53,945 bases of DNA, taken from positions 1-53,945 of the forward strand of contig JAPXTJ010000002.1 in NCBI GenBank assembly GCA_033812595.1. Reading direction: 5' to 3'. Positions within the stretch are counted from its first letter, which is position 1, and each line of letters opens with the position of its first letter. This document shows positions 34,280 through 42,311 of the stretch, piece after piece. The notes below the pieces were generated by a model. The model was given only the letters and a program-made list of their open reading frames with translations. It made no database searches and was not told the DNA's origin. The position numbers and the translations under genes are program-made. This DNA is from Thermomicrobiales bacterium (GTDB lineage: Bacteria > Chloroflexota > Chloroflexia > Thermomicrobiales > UBA6265).

Positions 34280-35065
34280 ATGCAAAATCGGCTTCGTTTC
34301 TATTCACTCCGGCTGATGCTGCCCGCCCTGTTGATGGCGTTCGCGGTCGCCGCTCCCGGCGCGGCCGCGCAAGACGCCACCCCCGGCCCCGACGCCGACA
34401 TGGGCGTCTGCTCCGAAGCGCTCGGCATCGGCATGGCCGGCGATTCCTGCATCAACGTGATCCACGCCTCCCCCGATGCCCCGGCCGTCGATGTCTACCT
34501 CGATGGCGCGCTCGCCCTCGAAGGTCTCGAATTCGGCGCCTTCTCGGGTTGGGTAGCGGTCCCCGCCGGTGAGCACCACGTTCAGGTGACCGCTGCCGGA
34601 TCGGCCGCGGACGACGCGGTGATCGACGCGCAGGTCGAACTCGAGGCGGATGCGGCCTACCACGTTGCGGCTACCGGCCTCCTCGCGGAAATCACCCCGG
34701 CCATCTACCAGGTCAACCTGAGCGATTTCGACGCCATGGCCGATCCGATGGCGCGGGTGCGTGTGATCCACACCTCCCCGGATGCCCCGGCGGTTGATAT
34801 CGCGCTCAAGGGCGGCGATGTGCTGATCAGCGAACTCGCCTTCCCGGATGCCAGTGATGCGCTCGAAGTTCCGGCCGGTTCCTACGACCTCGAGGTCCGC
34901 GTTGCCGGAACTACCGATGTCGCGCTCGATCTCCCGGGCGTTGAATTGATGGCTGGCATGGTCTACGACGTGTTCGCCATTGGCCAGGCCGGTGACGGCA
35001 CCCTGACGGTGCTGGTCATCCCATCCACCACGGCGGCCGCACTGATCGCGACCCCCGAGGCGTAA
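34280..35065 (+). CDS. Secreted DUF4397-like repeat protein
   Basis: Signal peptide. Two repeats begin VIHASPDAPAVDVYLDG and VIHTSPDAPAVDIALKG. GGAGAGGAG SD. Confidence 0.75.
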   Translation: MQNRLRFYSLRLMLPALLMAFAVAAPGAAAQDATPGPDADMGVCSEALGIGMAGDSCINVIHASPDAPAVDVYLDGALALEGLEFGAFSGWVAVPAGEHHVQVTAAGSAADDAVIDAQVELEADAAYHVAATGLLAEITPAIYQVNLSDFDAMADPMARVRVIHTSPDAPAVDIALKGGDVLISELAFPDASDALEVPAGSYDLEVRVAGTTDVALDLPGVELMAGMVYDVFAIGQAGDGTLTVLVIPSTTAAALIATPEA

Positions 35066-35129
35066 TCCGTTCGGAAGCCTGATCGACCGGGAGGTTCGCG
35101 AACGCGGCCTCCCGGTTTCCGGGAGCTAT

Positions 35130-36074
35130 GTGCGTATGTCCGACCACACCGCCACGTTGAGCCCGCCACTGCAGATCGCTGTCACCGGCGCCACCGGTCT
35201 CGTCGGGAGCCGGCTGGTGCCGTTCCTCCGCGCCGGTGGCCACACCGTGCACCGCATCGTTCGAACCCCCACCGGCGCGCCCGATCAGATCGCCTGGAAC
35301 CCGCAACGGGGCGAAATCGATGCCGCCGCGCTCGAAGGGGTCGATGCGGTCGTGCACCTTGCCGGTGAATCAATCGCCGGCGGTCGCTGGAATGCGGCGC
35401 GCAAGGAGCGAATCCGTTCGAGCCGGATCGAGGGCACAACCCTCCTGGCCCGCACCCTGGCGGGGCTCGACCGCCCGCCGGCGGTACTCGTGTCAACCTC
35501 GGCCGTCGGCTACTACGGTGATCGGGGCGGCCAACGACTGACCGAAGCCTCCGGCAGTGGCGAGGGCTTCCTGGCCGAGGTTTGCCGGGTGTGGGAAGCA
35601 TCGGCCGATCCGGCGCGGGCGGCGGGCATCCGGGTCGTGCACCCCCGCTTCGGGGTGGTGCTGGCCGGGGAGGGCGGGCTGCTGAAGCAACTCTCGCTCC
35701 CCTTCCGCTTCGGACTCGGCGGCAAGATTGGCAACGGCGAGCAGTACCTGAGCTGGATCGCGATCGATGATCTGCTCACGCTGCTGCTGGAAGCGATCAG
35801 GAACGACGCGCTGGACGGCGCGGTCAACGCGGTCGCACCGGGCGCGGTGACCAATGCGGAGTTCACCGAAGCGCTCGGCCGGACGCTGCACCGGCCGACC
35901 TTCCTGCCCCTGCCGGCCTTCGCCGCCAGGGCGGCGTTCGGCGAAATGGCCGATGAACTCTTGCTCGTAAGTCAGCGTGCCGAGCCTGCTGTGCTACATA
36001 ACGCCGGCTTTCATTTCATCTACCCTGACATCACGAGCGCGCTCGGGCACGAACTCGCGCCCGGCGCCTCGTGA
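35130..36074 (+). CDS. TIGR01777 (YfcH/SDR39U1)-like atypical SDR with DUF1731-type C-terminus
   Basis: IAVTGATGLVGSRLVPFL Rossmann motif. The C-terminal ..QRAEPAVLHNAGFHFIYPDI.. is typical of the family. Paralogue at 48359-49750. Confidence 0.8.
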   Translation: MRMSDHTATLSPPLQIAVTGATGLVGSRLVPFLRAGGHTVHRIVRTPTGAPDQIAWNPQRGEIDAAALEGVDAVVHLAGESIAGGRWNAARKERIRSSRIEGTTLLARTLAGLDRPPAVLVSTSAVGYYGDRGGQRLTEASGSGEGFLAEVCRVWEASADPARAAGIRVVHPRFGVVLAGEGGLLKQLSLPFRFGLGGKIGNGEQYLSWIAIDDLLTLLLEAIRNDALDGAVNAVAPGAVTNAEFTEALGRTLHRPTFLPLPAFAARAAFGEMADELLLVSQRAEPAVLHNAGFHFIYPDITSALGHELAPGAS

Positions 36075-36895
36075 GCGAAAGGACGTACCGCATGGCGATG
36101 AACCCGGCGCTCTCCGCCTCCGCCCGGCCGATCGAACGTGACACCGCGCACCGGTTGCGGCGCTTCAATCTCGTGGTCGGCGCGATTCACCTCGCGCAGG
36201 CGATCGTGCTGCTGGCGCTCAGCAACGACTTCAAATTGCCGATCCTCGCCTCGTTCGTGGACGGACCTCCGGGCACCGCCCCGAGTGAACCCTCGGTGCT
36301 CTGGAACGTCCCGCTCGGTCCGGCGGTGGCGCTCTTCCTCCTCTTCGCGGCGGTCGATCACCTGCTGATGGCGACGCCCAAAGTCGAAGGCTGGTACCTC
36401 GAGAGCCTGCGCCAGCGGGTGAATCGAGCGCGCTGGACGGAGTACAGCGTCAGCGCGTCGTTGATGATCGTGTTGATCGCGATGATCACCGGCATTCTCG
36501 ATATGACCGCCCTGGTGGCGATTTTCGCCGCCAACATGGGCATGATCTTCTTCGGCCTGGTGATGGAATCAACCAGCAAGCCGGATGACGAGCGGGTCAA
36601 CTGGTGGCCCTTCATCTTCGGCTCGATCATCGGCCTCGCTCCCTGGATCGCAATCGCGATGCAGGTGGTGCACACGAACGAGAACGCGACCGGGGATGGC
36701 ATTCCCGGTTTCGTTTACGGGATTCTCGTATCGCTCTTCATCTGCTTCAACTCGTTCGCCGTCAACATGGTCCTGCAATACCGGCGGGTCGGTCCGTGGC
36801 GTTCCTATGAGTTTGGCGAGCGGGCGTACATCGTTTGCAGTCTGGTCGCGAAATCCGCGCTCGCCTGGCAGGTCTTCGCCAACACCCTGGTGTAG
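36071..36895 (+). CDS. Heliorhodopsin
   Basis: Seven TM helices. Motifs match heliorhodopsin 48C12 as I recall it: LALSNDFKLP, RWTEYSVSASLMIVLIA (counterion Glu), PGFVYGILVSLFICFNSFA, GERAYIVCSLVAKSALAWQVF (Schiff-base Lys, AAA at 36851-36853). The GTG start overlaps the upstream stop (GTGA). Confidence 0.85.
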   Translation: MSERTYRMAMNPALSASARPIERDTAHRLRRFNLVVGAIHLAQAIVLLALSNDFKLPILASFVDGPPGTAPSEPSVLWNVPLGPAVALFLLFAAVDHLLMATPKVEGWYLESLRQRVNRARWTEYSVSASLMIVLIAMITGILDMTALVAIFAANMGMIFFGLVMESTSKPDDERVNWWPFIFGSIIGLAPWIAIAMQVVHTNENATGDGIPGFVYGILVSLFICFNSFAVNMVLQYRRVGPWRSYEFGERAYIVCSLVAKSALAWQVFANTLV

Positions 36896-36939
36896 GCGAG
36901 AACGCGGGCGGTTGTTCCCGGCCGGAATCGAGGCCGGTG

Positions 36940-37881
36940 ATGTTTGGCGCGGGTGACGAACGTGGTTTGTCCTTCCTGTCTGACGGAGGCAAGGTCATCG
37001 TGGATGAACAATCCAGGGCCGAAGCGGCCCTTTGCCGCGAGATTGCCCGCTCCAAGGGCCGGAGCTTCTATCTGGCGAGCTTTTGCCTCGCGCCCGATCA
37101 GCGCCGCGCCATCCACGCCGTTTACGCCTACTGCCGCGTTGCCGACGATATCGTCGACCTGGCGGATCGCGACTCACGGGATGCCGCCGAACGCAAGCTC
37201 GATGCCTGGCGCGATCAGCTCCACGAACCGGTCGATCCGGTGGCGCGCGCCTTCGCCCGGGCACGGGCGGCGTACGGCATTCCGCTCGAACCGGCGCTCG
37301 CCCTGATCGAAGGGGTGCGTGGCGATCTCTCCCCCGAATCGTTCTTCGGCTGGCCCGAGTTGCGCCGCTATTGCCACAAGGTGGCCGGGACGGTCGGGTT
37401 GCTGACCGCGCCAGTGCTCGGCTGCCGCGACCCCCGTGCCCTGCCGCGCGCCGATGAACTCGGCATCGCCATGCAGTTGACCAACATCGTGCGCGATGTG
37501 GCGGAGGATGCCGCCGCCGGCCGCGTCTATCTTCCCTTCGCCGAAATGCGCGCTTTCGGCTGCGATCCCGAAGCCCTCCTGCAGGGTCGGCCGACCGGTG
37601 ATTTCGCCGGTCTGATCGCGCTTCAGGTCGACCGGGCGCGGGGACTCTACCGGAGCGCGCTGCGCGGCGTGCCGGCGCTCGATCGCAACGGCCAGCTCGC
37701 CACGCTTGCCGCCGCGCGGCTGTACGGTGAAATCCTGGGGGAGATCGAACGGGCGAACTTCGACGTCTTTCGCGGGCGGACGCGCGTATCCGGTCCGCGC
37801 AAGCTCCGGCAGGCGCCGGTGGTTGCCGCCGATTTCATTCGCAGTGCGTTCGGGTCGGTGGATTACGTAGCCTCTTCATGA
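36940..37881 (+). CDS. crtB: Phytoene synthase
   Basis: YAYCRVADDIVD and NIVRDVAEDAAAGRVYLP Asp-rich motifs. The start is ambiguous (ATG 36940 or GTG 37000, the latter preceded by GGAGG). Confidence 0.85.
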   Translation: MFGAGDERGLSFLSDGGKVIVDEQSRAEAALCREIARSKGRSFYLASFCLAPDQRRAIHAVYAYCRVADDIVDLADRDSRDAAERKLDAWRDQLHEPVDPVARAFARARAAYGIPLEPALALIEGVRGDLSPESFFGWPELRRYCHKVAGTVGLLTAPVLGCRDPRALPRADELGIAMQLTNIVRDVAEDAAAGRVYLPFAEMRAFGCDPEALLQGRPTGDFAGLIALQVDRARGLYRSALRGVPALDRNGQLATLAAARLYGEILGEIERANFDVFRGRTRVSGPRKLRQAPVVAADFIRSAFGSVDYVASS

Positions 37882-39377
37882 CCGAAATCGCGCGCGATCA
37901 GCGTATCGACGATCGTCGCCGACGACAGGACACCGGGCAATCCGGCGCCGGGATGGGTACCCGCGCCGACAAAGTACAGGCGATCGAGTTCTTCGGAGCG
38001 GTTGTGCGGGCGAAACCAGGCCGATTGCGTGAGGATCGGCTCGACCGAAAAGGCCGATCCGAGGTAGCTGCTCAGGTCATCGCGAAAGTGGCGCGGATCG
38101 ATCATGCGCTCGGTCACGATATGGCGCGAAAGATCGGGCAGGAAACGCCGTTCCAGGGCGGAGATGATGGCATCGCGATACGGACGCGCCCGCGTTTCCC
38201 AATCCACGCCGCCACCGAGATGCGGCACCGGCGCGAGCACGTAGAACGTTTCACCCCCGGGCGGGGCCAGCGAAGGATCGGTCAGGGTGGGCATGTGAAG
38301 ATAGAGCGAAAAGTCGTCCGCCAGCACCTTCCGGTCGAAGATGTCGGCCAGCAATTCCCGGTATCGCGGGCCGAGAACGATATTGTGATGCGCCAGCGGC
38401 GATGCGCCCGGATCACGGTACCGGCGATCGGTTCCGAAATAGATCACCACCAGCGACATCGAATAGCGCATGTTGGCCAGACGGCGATCGGTGTACTTGC
38501 GGCGCAACCGCGCCGGAACCAGGCGCTGATAGGCGGCGGCAACCTCGGCGTTGCAGACCACCGCGTCGGCGGTGATTTCCGTGCCGTCGGCGAGCCGGAC
38601 GCCGGTTGCGCGCCGGCCACTGGTGAGGATCTCCGCCACGTCGGTCCCGAGCAGCAGGGTTCCGCCGAGCTCGAGGAAGAGCTTTTCCAGCGCGGCCGTG
38701 ATCGCGCCGGTGCCGCCCATGGCGTACCAGACCCCCCAGGTTCGTTCGAGATGATGAATCAGCGCGTAAATGCTCGTCGTTTGAAACGGATTGCCGCCGA
38801 CCAGCAGGGGATGAAACGACAGCACCTGGCGCAATCGCTCATCGCGCACGTAGCGCGCGACCAGGTCGTAGACCGTGCGGTAACTCTGCAACCGCACCAG
38901 ATCGGGCGCCACCTTCAGCATCTGCCACGGCGAGTGAAAGGGCGTGGTGGCCAGTTCGGTGAAGCCCTTGTCGAAGATGCGTTCGGTTTGGAGCAGGAAT
39001 TGCCGGTAGCCCTCGAGATCGCCGGGATGCGGGCTGAACGCGGCGATGCGATCAGCCATGGCCGCGGCATCGCCCGAGTAATCGAACTGCGCGCCGTCAT
39101 CGAAGAAGATGCGGTAGAACGGATCGACCGGGACGAAGTCGACGTACGCGTCCCGCTTGCGGCCGGCCAGTTCGAAGAGTTCATCGATCAGCCAGGGCGC
39201 GGTGATCACGGTCGGGCCGCCATCGAAGGTGAAGCCCTGATCCTGGTACACGTAGGCGCGGCCACCGACCTTGTCGCGGCGTTCGATCAGCGTAACCCGG
39301 TGCCCGCGCGCGGCCAGGCGAATGGCCGCCGCCAGACCGCCGAAGCCGGCGCCGATGACAACGAACTGGTTGGACAT
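37863..39377 (-). CDS. crtI: Phytoene desaturase
   Basis: MSNQFVVIGAGFGGLAAAIRLAARGHRVTLIERRDKVGGRA plus the C-terminal GAGTHPGAGLPGV motif. GGGGAG lies upstream of the ATG at 39377. The 99-codon extension in the track is rejected. Confidence 0.9.
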   Translation of the reverse strand: MSNQFVVIGAGFGGLAAAIRLAARGHRVTLIERRDKVGGRAYVYQDQGFTFDGGPTVITAPWLIDELFELAGRKRDAYVDFVPVDPFYRIFFDDGAQFDYSGDAAAMADRIAAFSPHPGDLEGYRQFLLQTERIFDKGFTELATTPFHSPWQMLKVAPDLVRLQSYRTVYDLVARYVRDERLRQVLSFHPLLVGGNPFQTTSIYALIHHLERTWGVWYAMGGTGAITAALEKLFLELGGTLLLGTDVAEILTSGRRATGVRLADGTEITADAVVCNAEVAAAYQRLVPARLRRKYTDRRLANMRYSMSLVVIYFGTDRRYRDPGASPLAHHNIVLGPRYRELLADIFDRKVLADDFSLYLHMPTLTDPSLAPPGGETFYVLAPVPHLGGGVDWETRARPYRDAIISALERRFLPDLSRHIVTERMIDPRHFRDDLSSYLGSAFSVEPILTQSAWFRPHNRSEELDRLYFVGAGTHPGAGLPGVLSSATIVDTLIARDFGHEEAT

Positions 39378-39413
39378 CGATGGCCGTCTCCCCGAGTCAG
39401 AACGGTCTGCGTC

Positions 39414-39429
39414 AAACGCGCGCGCGTTT
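39414..39429. promoter_or_regulatory. Perfect 16-bp palindrome AAACGCGCGCGCGTTT in the crtI / GT2 divergent region
   Basis: Read directly; the intergenic region 39378-39475 is 98 bp. Confidence 0.3.
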
Positions 39430-39475
39430 TTCACTATCGCACGGGCCGCGCCGCCCCGTCTGTCGCGGCTAACGT

Positions 39476-40603
39476 ATGAAACGGGCGTTGGTGAATCTGA
39501 TCGCGCTGGCGCAGGTTGTGCTCGGACTCCGCCTGGTCGCGCGTTTGCTGCGGACATCCCGGGGGACGCGGATCCGGCCAACCTCGAGCCTCTATCCGCC
39601 CTCGATCGGCGTCCTCGTTCCTGTCCTCGACGAAGCGCAGCGTATCGTTCCCTGTCTCGAGCGGCTGATTGCATTCGGTCCGGAAGTGGCGGAGATCGTC
39701 ATCGTCGACGGTGGTTCCGTAGATGAAACGCCGGCGATCGTGGCGGAGTACGCGGCGCGGGACAAGCGGATTCGCCTCGTCGAAACCCGGCCGCCGGATG
39801 GAATCAACGGCAAAGTGCATGGCTTGGAGGTGGGATTGGCCGAACTCACCGCCCGGTGGGTGTTGACCATCGACGCCGATGTCCGGCCGAGCGCAGCGCT
39901 GCCGCCGGCGCTGCTCCGCCGCGCGCACGCGGAACGGCTGCGCATCCTGAGTGTGGCGACCGAACAGTGGCTGGGGGACCGATTGGATCAATTCGTCCAT
40001 CCCTCCATGCTCGCCACCCTCATCTACCGCTTCGGGATTCCCGGCCACGCCACCCGGCGCGCCGCCGCTGTTCAGGCCAATGGTCAATGCATGTTGATCC
40101 GGCGCGATCTGCTCGATGCCCTCGGCGGATTCGCGCCCCACGCCCGGGTCATTGCCGAAGATGTCAGCCTGGCGCGCGCCGCTGCCCGGGCCGGTGAGCG
40201 CGTCGGGTTCTACGAAACCGAGGGGCTCGTTTCCGTGGAGATGTACCGGAGCGGACGGGAAACCGCGCGAAACTGGAGCCGTTCGCTGCCGCTGCCGGAA
40301 TCGCGACCGTTCCGGAACCGGCTTGGCGACCTGGCGAATCTCCTGCTGCTCCAGGCCGCCCCGCCCTATCTCTTCGCGGCCGCTGCACGGCGCCGGGGCT
40401 TCGCCCGGGCGGTGAACGGAGCGCTCATCGCCACGCGGATCGGGATTCTGGCCGGCGCCCGGCGGGCGTACCGCAACCCGGATGCGTGGTACTGGTTCTC
40501 TCCGCTCGCCGATTTGCCGGTGGTCGCGCTGCTGATCATCCGCTCCGCGCAACGACGCCACCGGTGGCGCGGCCGCGTGATTCACCCGGGAGGTGGACGA
40601 TGA
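39476..40603 (+). CDS. Family-2 glycosyltransferase (carotenoid glycosyltransferase candidate, CruC/CrtX-like role)
   Basis: IGVLVPVLDEAQRI, IVDGGSVDETP and TIDADV GT2 motifs, with C-terminal TM helices. The carotenoid role is inferred from context. Confidence 0.7.
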   Translation: MKRALVNLIALAQVVLGLRLVARLLRTSRGTRIRPTSSLYPPSIGVLVPVLDEAQRIVPCLERLIAFGPEVAEIVIVDGGSVDETPAIVAEYAARDKRIRLVETRPPDGINGKVHGLEVGLAELTARWVLTIDADVRPSAALPPALLRRAHAERLRILSVATEQWLGDRLDQFVHPSMLATLIYRFGIPGHATRRAAAVQANGQCMLIRRDLLDALGGFAPHARVIAEDVSLARAAARAGERVGFYETEGLVSVEMYRSGRETARNWSRSLPLPESRPFRNRLGDLANLLLLQAAPPYLFAAAARRRGFARAVNGALIATRIGILAGARRAYRNPDAWYWFSPLADLPVVALLIIRSAQRRHRWRGRVIHPGGGR

Positions 40604-41469
40604 GCTGGTTGACGCCGATGCGTCTCACCTGGGCGTTGCTGACCCTGCACCTGGTGGCGCTCGTTTTCGGACTGATCGGCATGCTGATCATGCTGCCGAA
40701 TCCCGATCTCTGGGCGCACGATCGCAATGCCGTCCGCGTCTTCGACTTCTCCATGCAGTACGCCGGCGCGGTGCACATCTGGCTCGGCGCGGCCGCGATG
40801 TTCGCCTACGGCGTGGTGGCGATCGGCTGGCGCAAGACGGCGATCTTTGCGGCGATTGCCTACCCGCTTTCGTTGACCTCCGAACTCTTTGGCACCGGCA
40901 CCGGCTGGCCGTTCGGCAACTACGCCTATACCGATTTCCTCGGCCCGAAGGCATTCGATCACGTACCCTGGTCGATTCCCGCGTCCTGGTTCTACATGGG
41001 GTTGGCGTCATACCTCCTCGGCAGCGCGATCGTGGCGCAACTCGGCGTGAAATGCGAACTGCTCTGGTCTTGCCTGGCGGGCGCCTGGCTCCTGACCGCC
41101 TGGGATCTGGTGCTCGATCCGGCGATGGCGCACGAATCGCTCCGCATCAAATTCTGGATCTGGGACGAAGCCGGCCCCTACTTCGGGATGCCGGTCAAGA
41201 ACTTCATCGGCTGGACCGTCACGGCCTTCCTGTTCATGGTGTTGAGCCGGTTCGCCTGGCGCGAAAGCGCCCGGATTGGCGCGTCGCTCCGGGCGCCGGT
41301 CATCATCTTTGTCTCGAATATGCTGTTCGCGATCGTGATCAGCGCCTCGGTGGGACTCTGGATTCCGATCGCGCTGGCGATCATCGTCGGCGTGGCGCCG
41401 CTGCTGGTCATTCGGCGGGAGCAACCAGGCGTCAATCGCTTCGGACGCGGAGCAACGCTCGATGCCTGA
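40600..41469 (+). CDS. Carotenoid biosynthesis membrane protein (DUF422/CruF-like 1',2'-hydratase family)
   Basis: GTGTGWPFGNYAYTDFLG...HVPWSIPASWFYMG signature and ~7 TM helices. ATGA overlap with the GT2 stop. Confidence 0.7.
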   Translation: MSWLTPMRLTWALLTLHLVALVFGLIGMLIMLPNPDLWAHDRNAVRVFDFSMQYAGAVHIWLGAAAMFAYGVVAIGWRKTAIFAAIAYPLSLTSELFGTGTGWPFGNYAYTDFLGPKAFDHVPWSIPASWFYMGLASYLLGSAIVAQLGVKCELLWSCLAGAWLLTAWDLVLDPAMAHESLRIKFWIWDEAGPYFGMPVKNFIGWTVTAFLFMVLSRFAWRESARIGASLRAPVIIFVSNMLFAIVISASVGLWIPIALAIIVGVAPLLVIRREQPGVNRFGRGATLDA

Positions 41470-42121
41470 CATGCCGTGGCGCTTCCTGCGCGTCTGGAGC
41501 CGGCGATCGCTGGCGCGCGGGGCTGACCTGCACGTCGCGGGCATCGAACATCTTCCCGCCGATGGTCCGGCGCTGCTGGTGGTGCGCCACGTTCACCACC
41601 AGCGGGACGGCGAGGCGTTGTTGGCCGCAATCGAACGGCCGGTGCACCTGGTAGTGGCGATCGACTGGCCGACGAACCGGGCGACACGGTCGGCGCTGGC
41701 CGCGGCCTGCCGGTGGGCACGCTGGCCAGCGGTGATCCGGCCCGAATCAGCGCTCGGCGCGAACCGGGCGAACGCGCGCCGGTGCAATGCCCGGGCGATG
41801 CGCGAGGCAGTGGAGTTATTGGACGAGGGGCGGCTGGTAGCGGTTTTCCCCGAAGCCTATCCCGATATCGACAACAATCCGCGACCGGACACGCTGCCGG
41901 CCGGCGCGCTTCCCTTCCGGAGCGGCTTCGAACGGCTCGAGCGCCTGGCGAATCAGGGCGGGAAGCAGACCCCGATCGTACCGGTCGGCATCTCCTTCGA
42001 GCCCGGTGAGCGCGCGCGAATCTCGCTCCGATTCGGCGCCGCCATTCATCGGCGCGGCCTCGACGATGACGCGCTGCGACGGACGGTCGAAGCGGAAGTC
42101 CGTCGCCTGAGCGAAGGTTGA
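41462..42121 (+). CDS. Lysophospholipid-acyltransferase-family protein (carotenoid-glycoside acyltransferase candidate, CruD-like role)
   Basis: PALLVVRHVHHQRDG and VAVFPEAYP blocks resemble PlsC-type motifs. 8-nt overlap with the upstream gene. Confidence 0.6.
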   Translation: MPDMPWRFLRVWSRRSLARGADLHVAGIEHLPADGPALLVVRHVHHQRDGEALLAAIERPVHLVVAIDWPTNRATRSALAAACRWARWPAVIRPESALGANRANARRCNARAMREAVELLDEGRLVAVFPEAYPDIDNNPRPDTLPAGALPFRSGFERLERLANQGGKQTPIVPVGISFEPGERARISLRFGAAIHRRGLDDDALRRTVEAEVRRLSEG

Positions 42122-42166
42122 GCGCGAAGGGCTCGGCGCGAAGGGACGGTGCAAGAACACCCGTGG

Positions 42167-42212
42167 GCATGCGCATCGCCATTCAGGAGTCCCGACTTAA
42201 GGATGCGCATGC
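42167..42212. terminator. Hairpin with perfect 11-bp arms GCATGCGCATC / GATGCGCATGC between convergent genes
   Basis: Read directly; 24-nt loop. Confidence 0.45.
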
Positions 42213-42311
42213 GGAACACAACACGAAGGCCGCAGGGCGCGCCATGGAGCACCCTGCGGCCATCATCACACCGCGTCCGGGAGCGAGGCCCAAGCCCCGC
42301 TCCGCGCCGCG

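Noticed and set aside
35109-35125. CTCCCGG-TTT-CCGGGAG hairpin between the DUF4397-like gene and the SDR gene, considered as a terminator.
   Set aside because: It has only a 3-nt loop and no U-tract, and it contains the likely SD (GGGAG) of the next gene. It more likely lies within an operon than acts as a terminator.
37878-39479. 533-codon plus-strand ORF fully antisense to crtI. Similar long shadow ORFs lie at 5480-6793, 11794-13107, 16457-17701, 39434-40585, 41178-42182 and 50603-51535.
   Set aside because: These ORFs have an Arg/Gly/Pro/Ala-rich composition typical of out-of-frame or antisense reading of high-G+C genes. They have no recognisable motifs or SD, and each is fully covered by a gene with clear family signatures on the other strand.
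39378-39674. 99-codon N-terminal extension of crtI in the ORF track. Similar extensions exist for mnmA, the SDR at 28531, GGT, the surface-island genes and the cupredoxin-like genes.
   Set aside because: The extensions are Arg/Ser/Pro-rich and lack homology-like features. Internal ATGs sit behind good SD sequences and begin exactly at the conserved N-terminal motif or signal peptide.
40593-41654. 353-codon plus-strand ORF overlapping the CruF-like gene in another frame.
   Set aside because: It has an Arg/Gly-rich shadow composition. The 40600-41469 frame gives a coherent 7-TM protein with the PFGNYAY signature and start/stop coupling to its neighbours.
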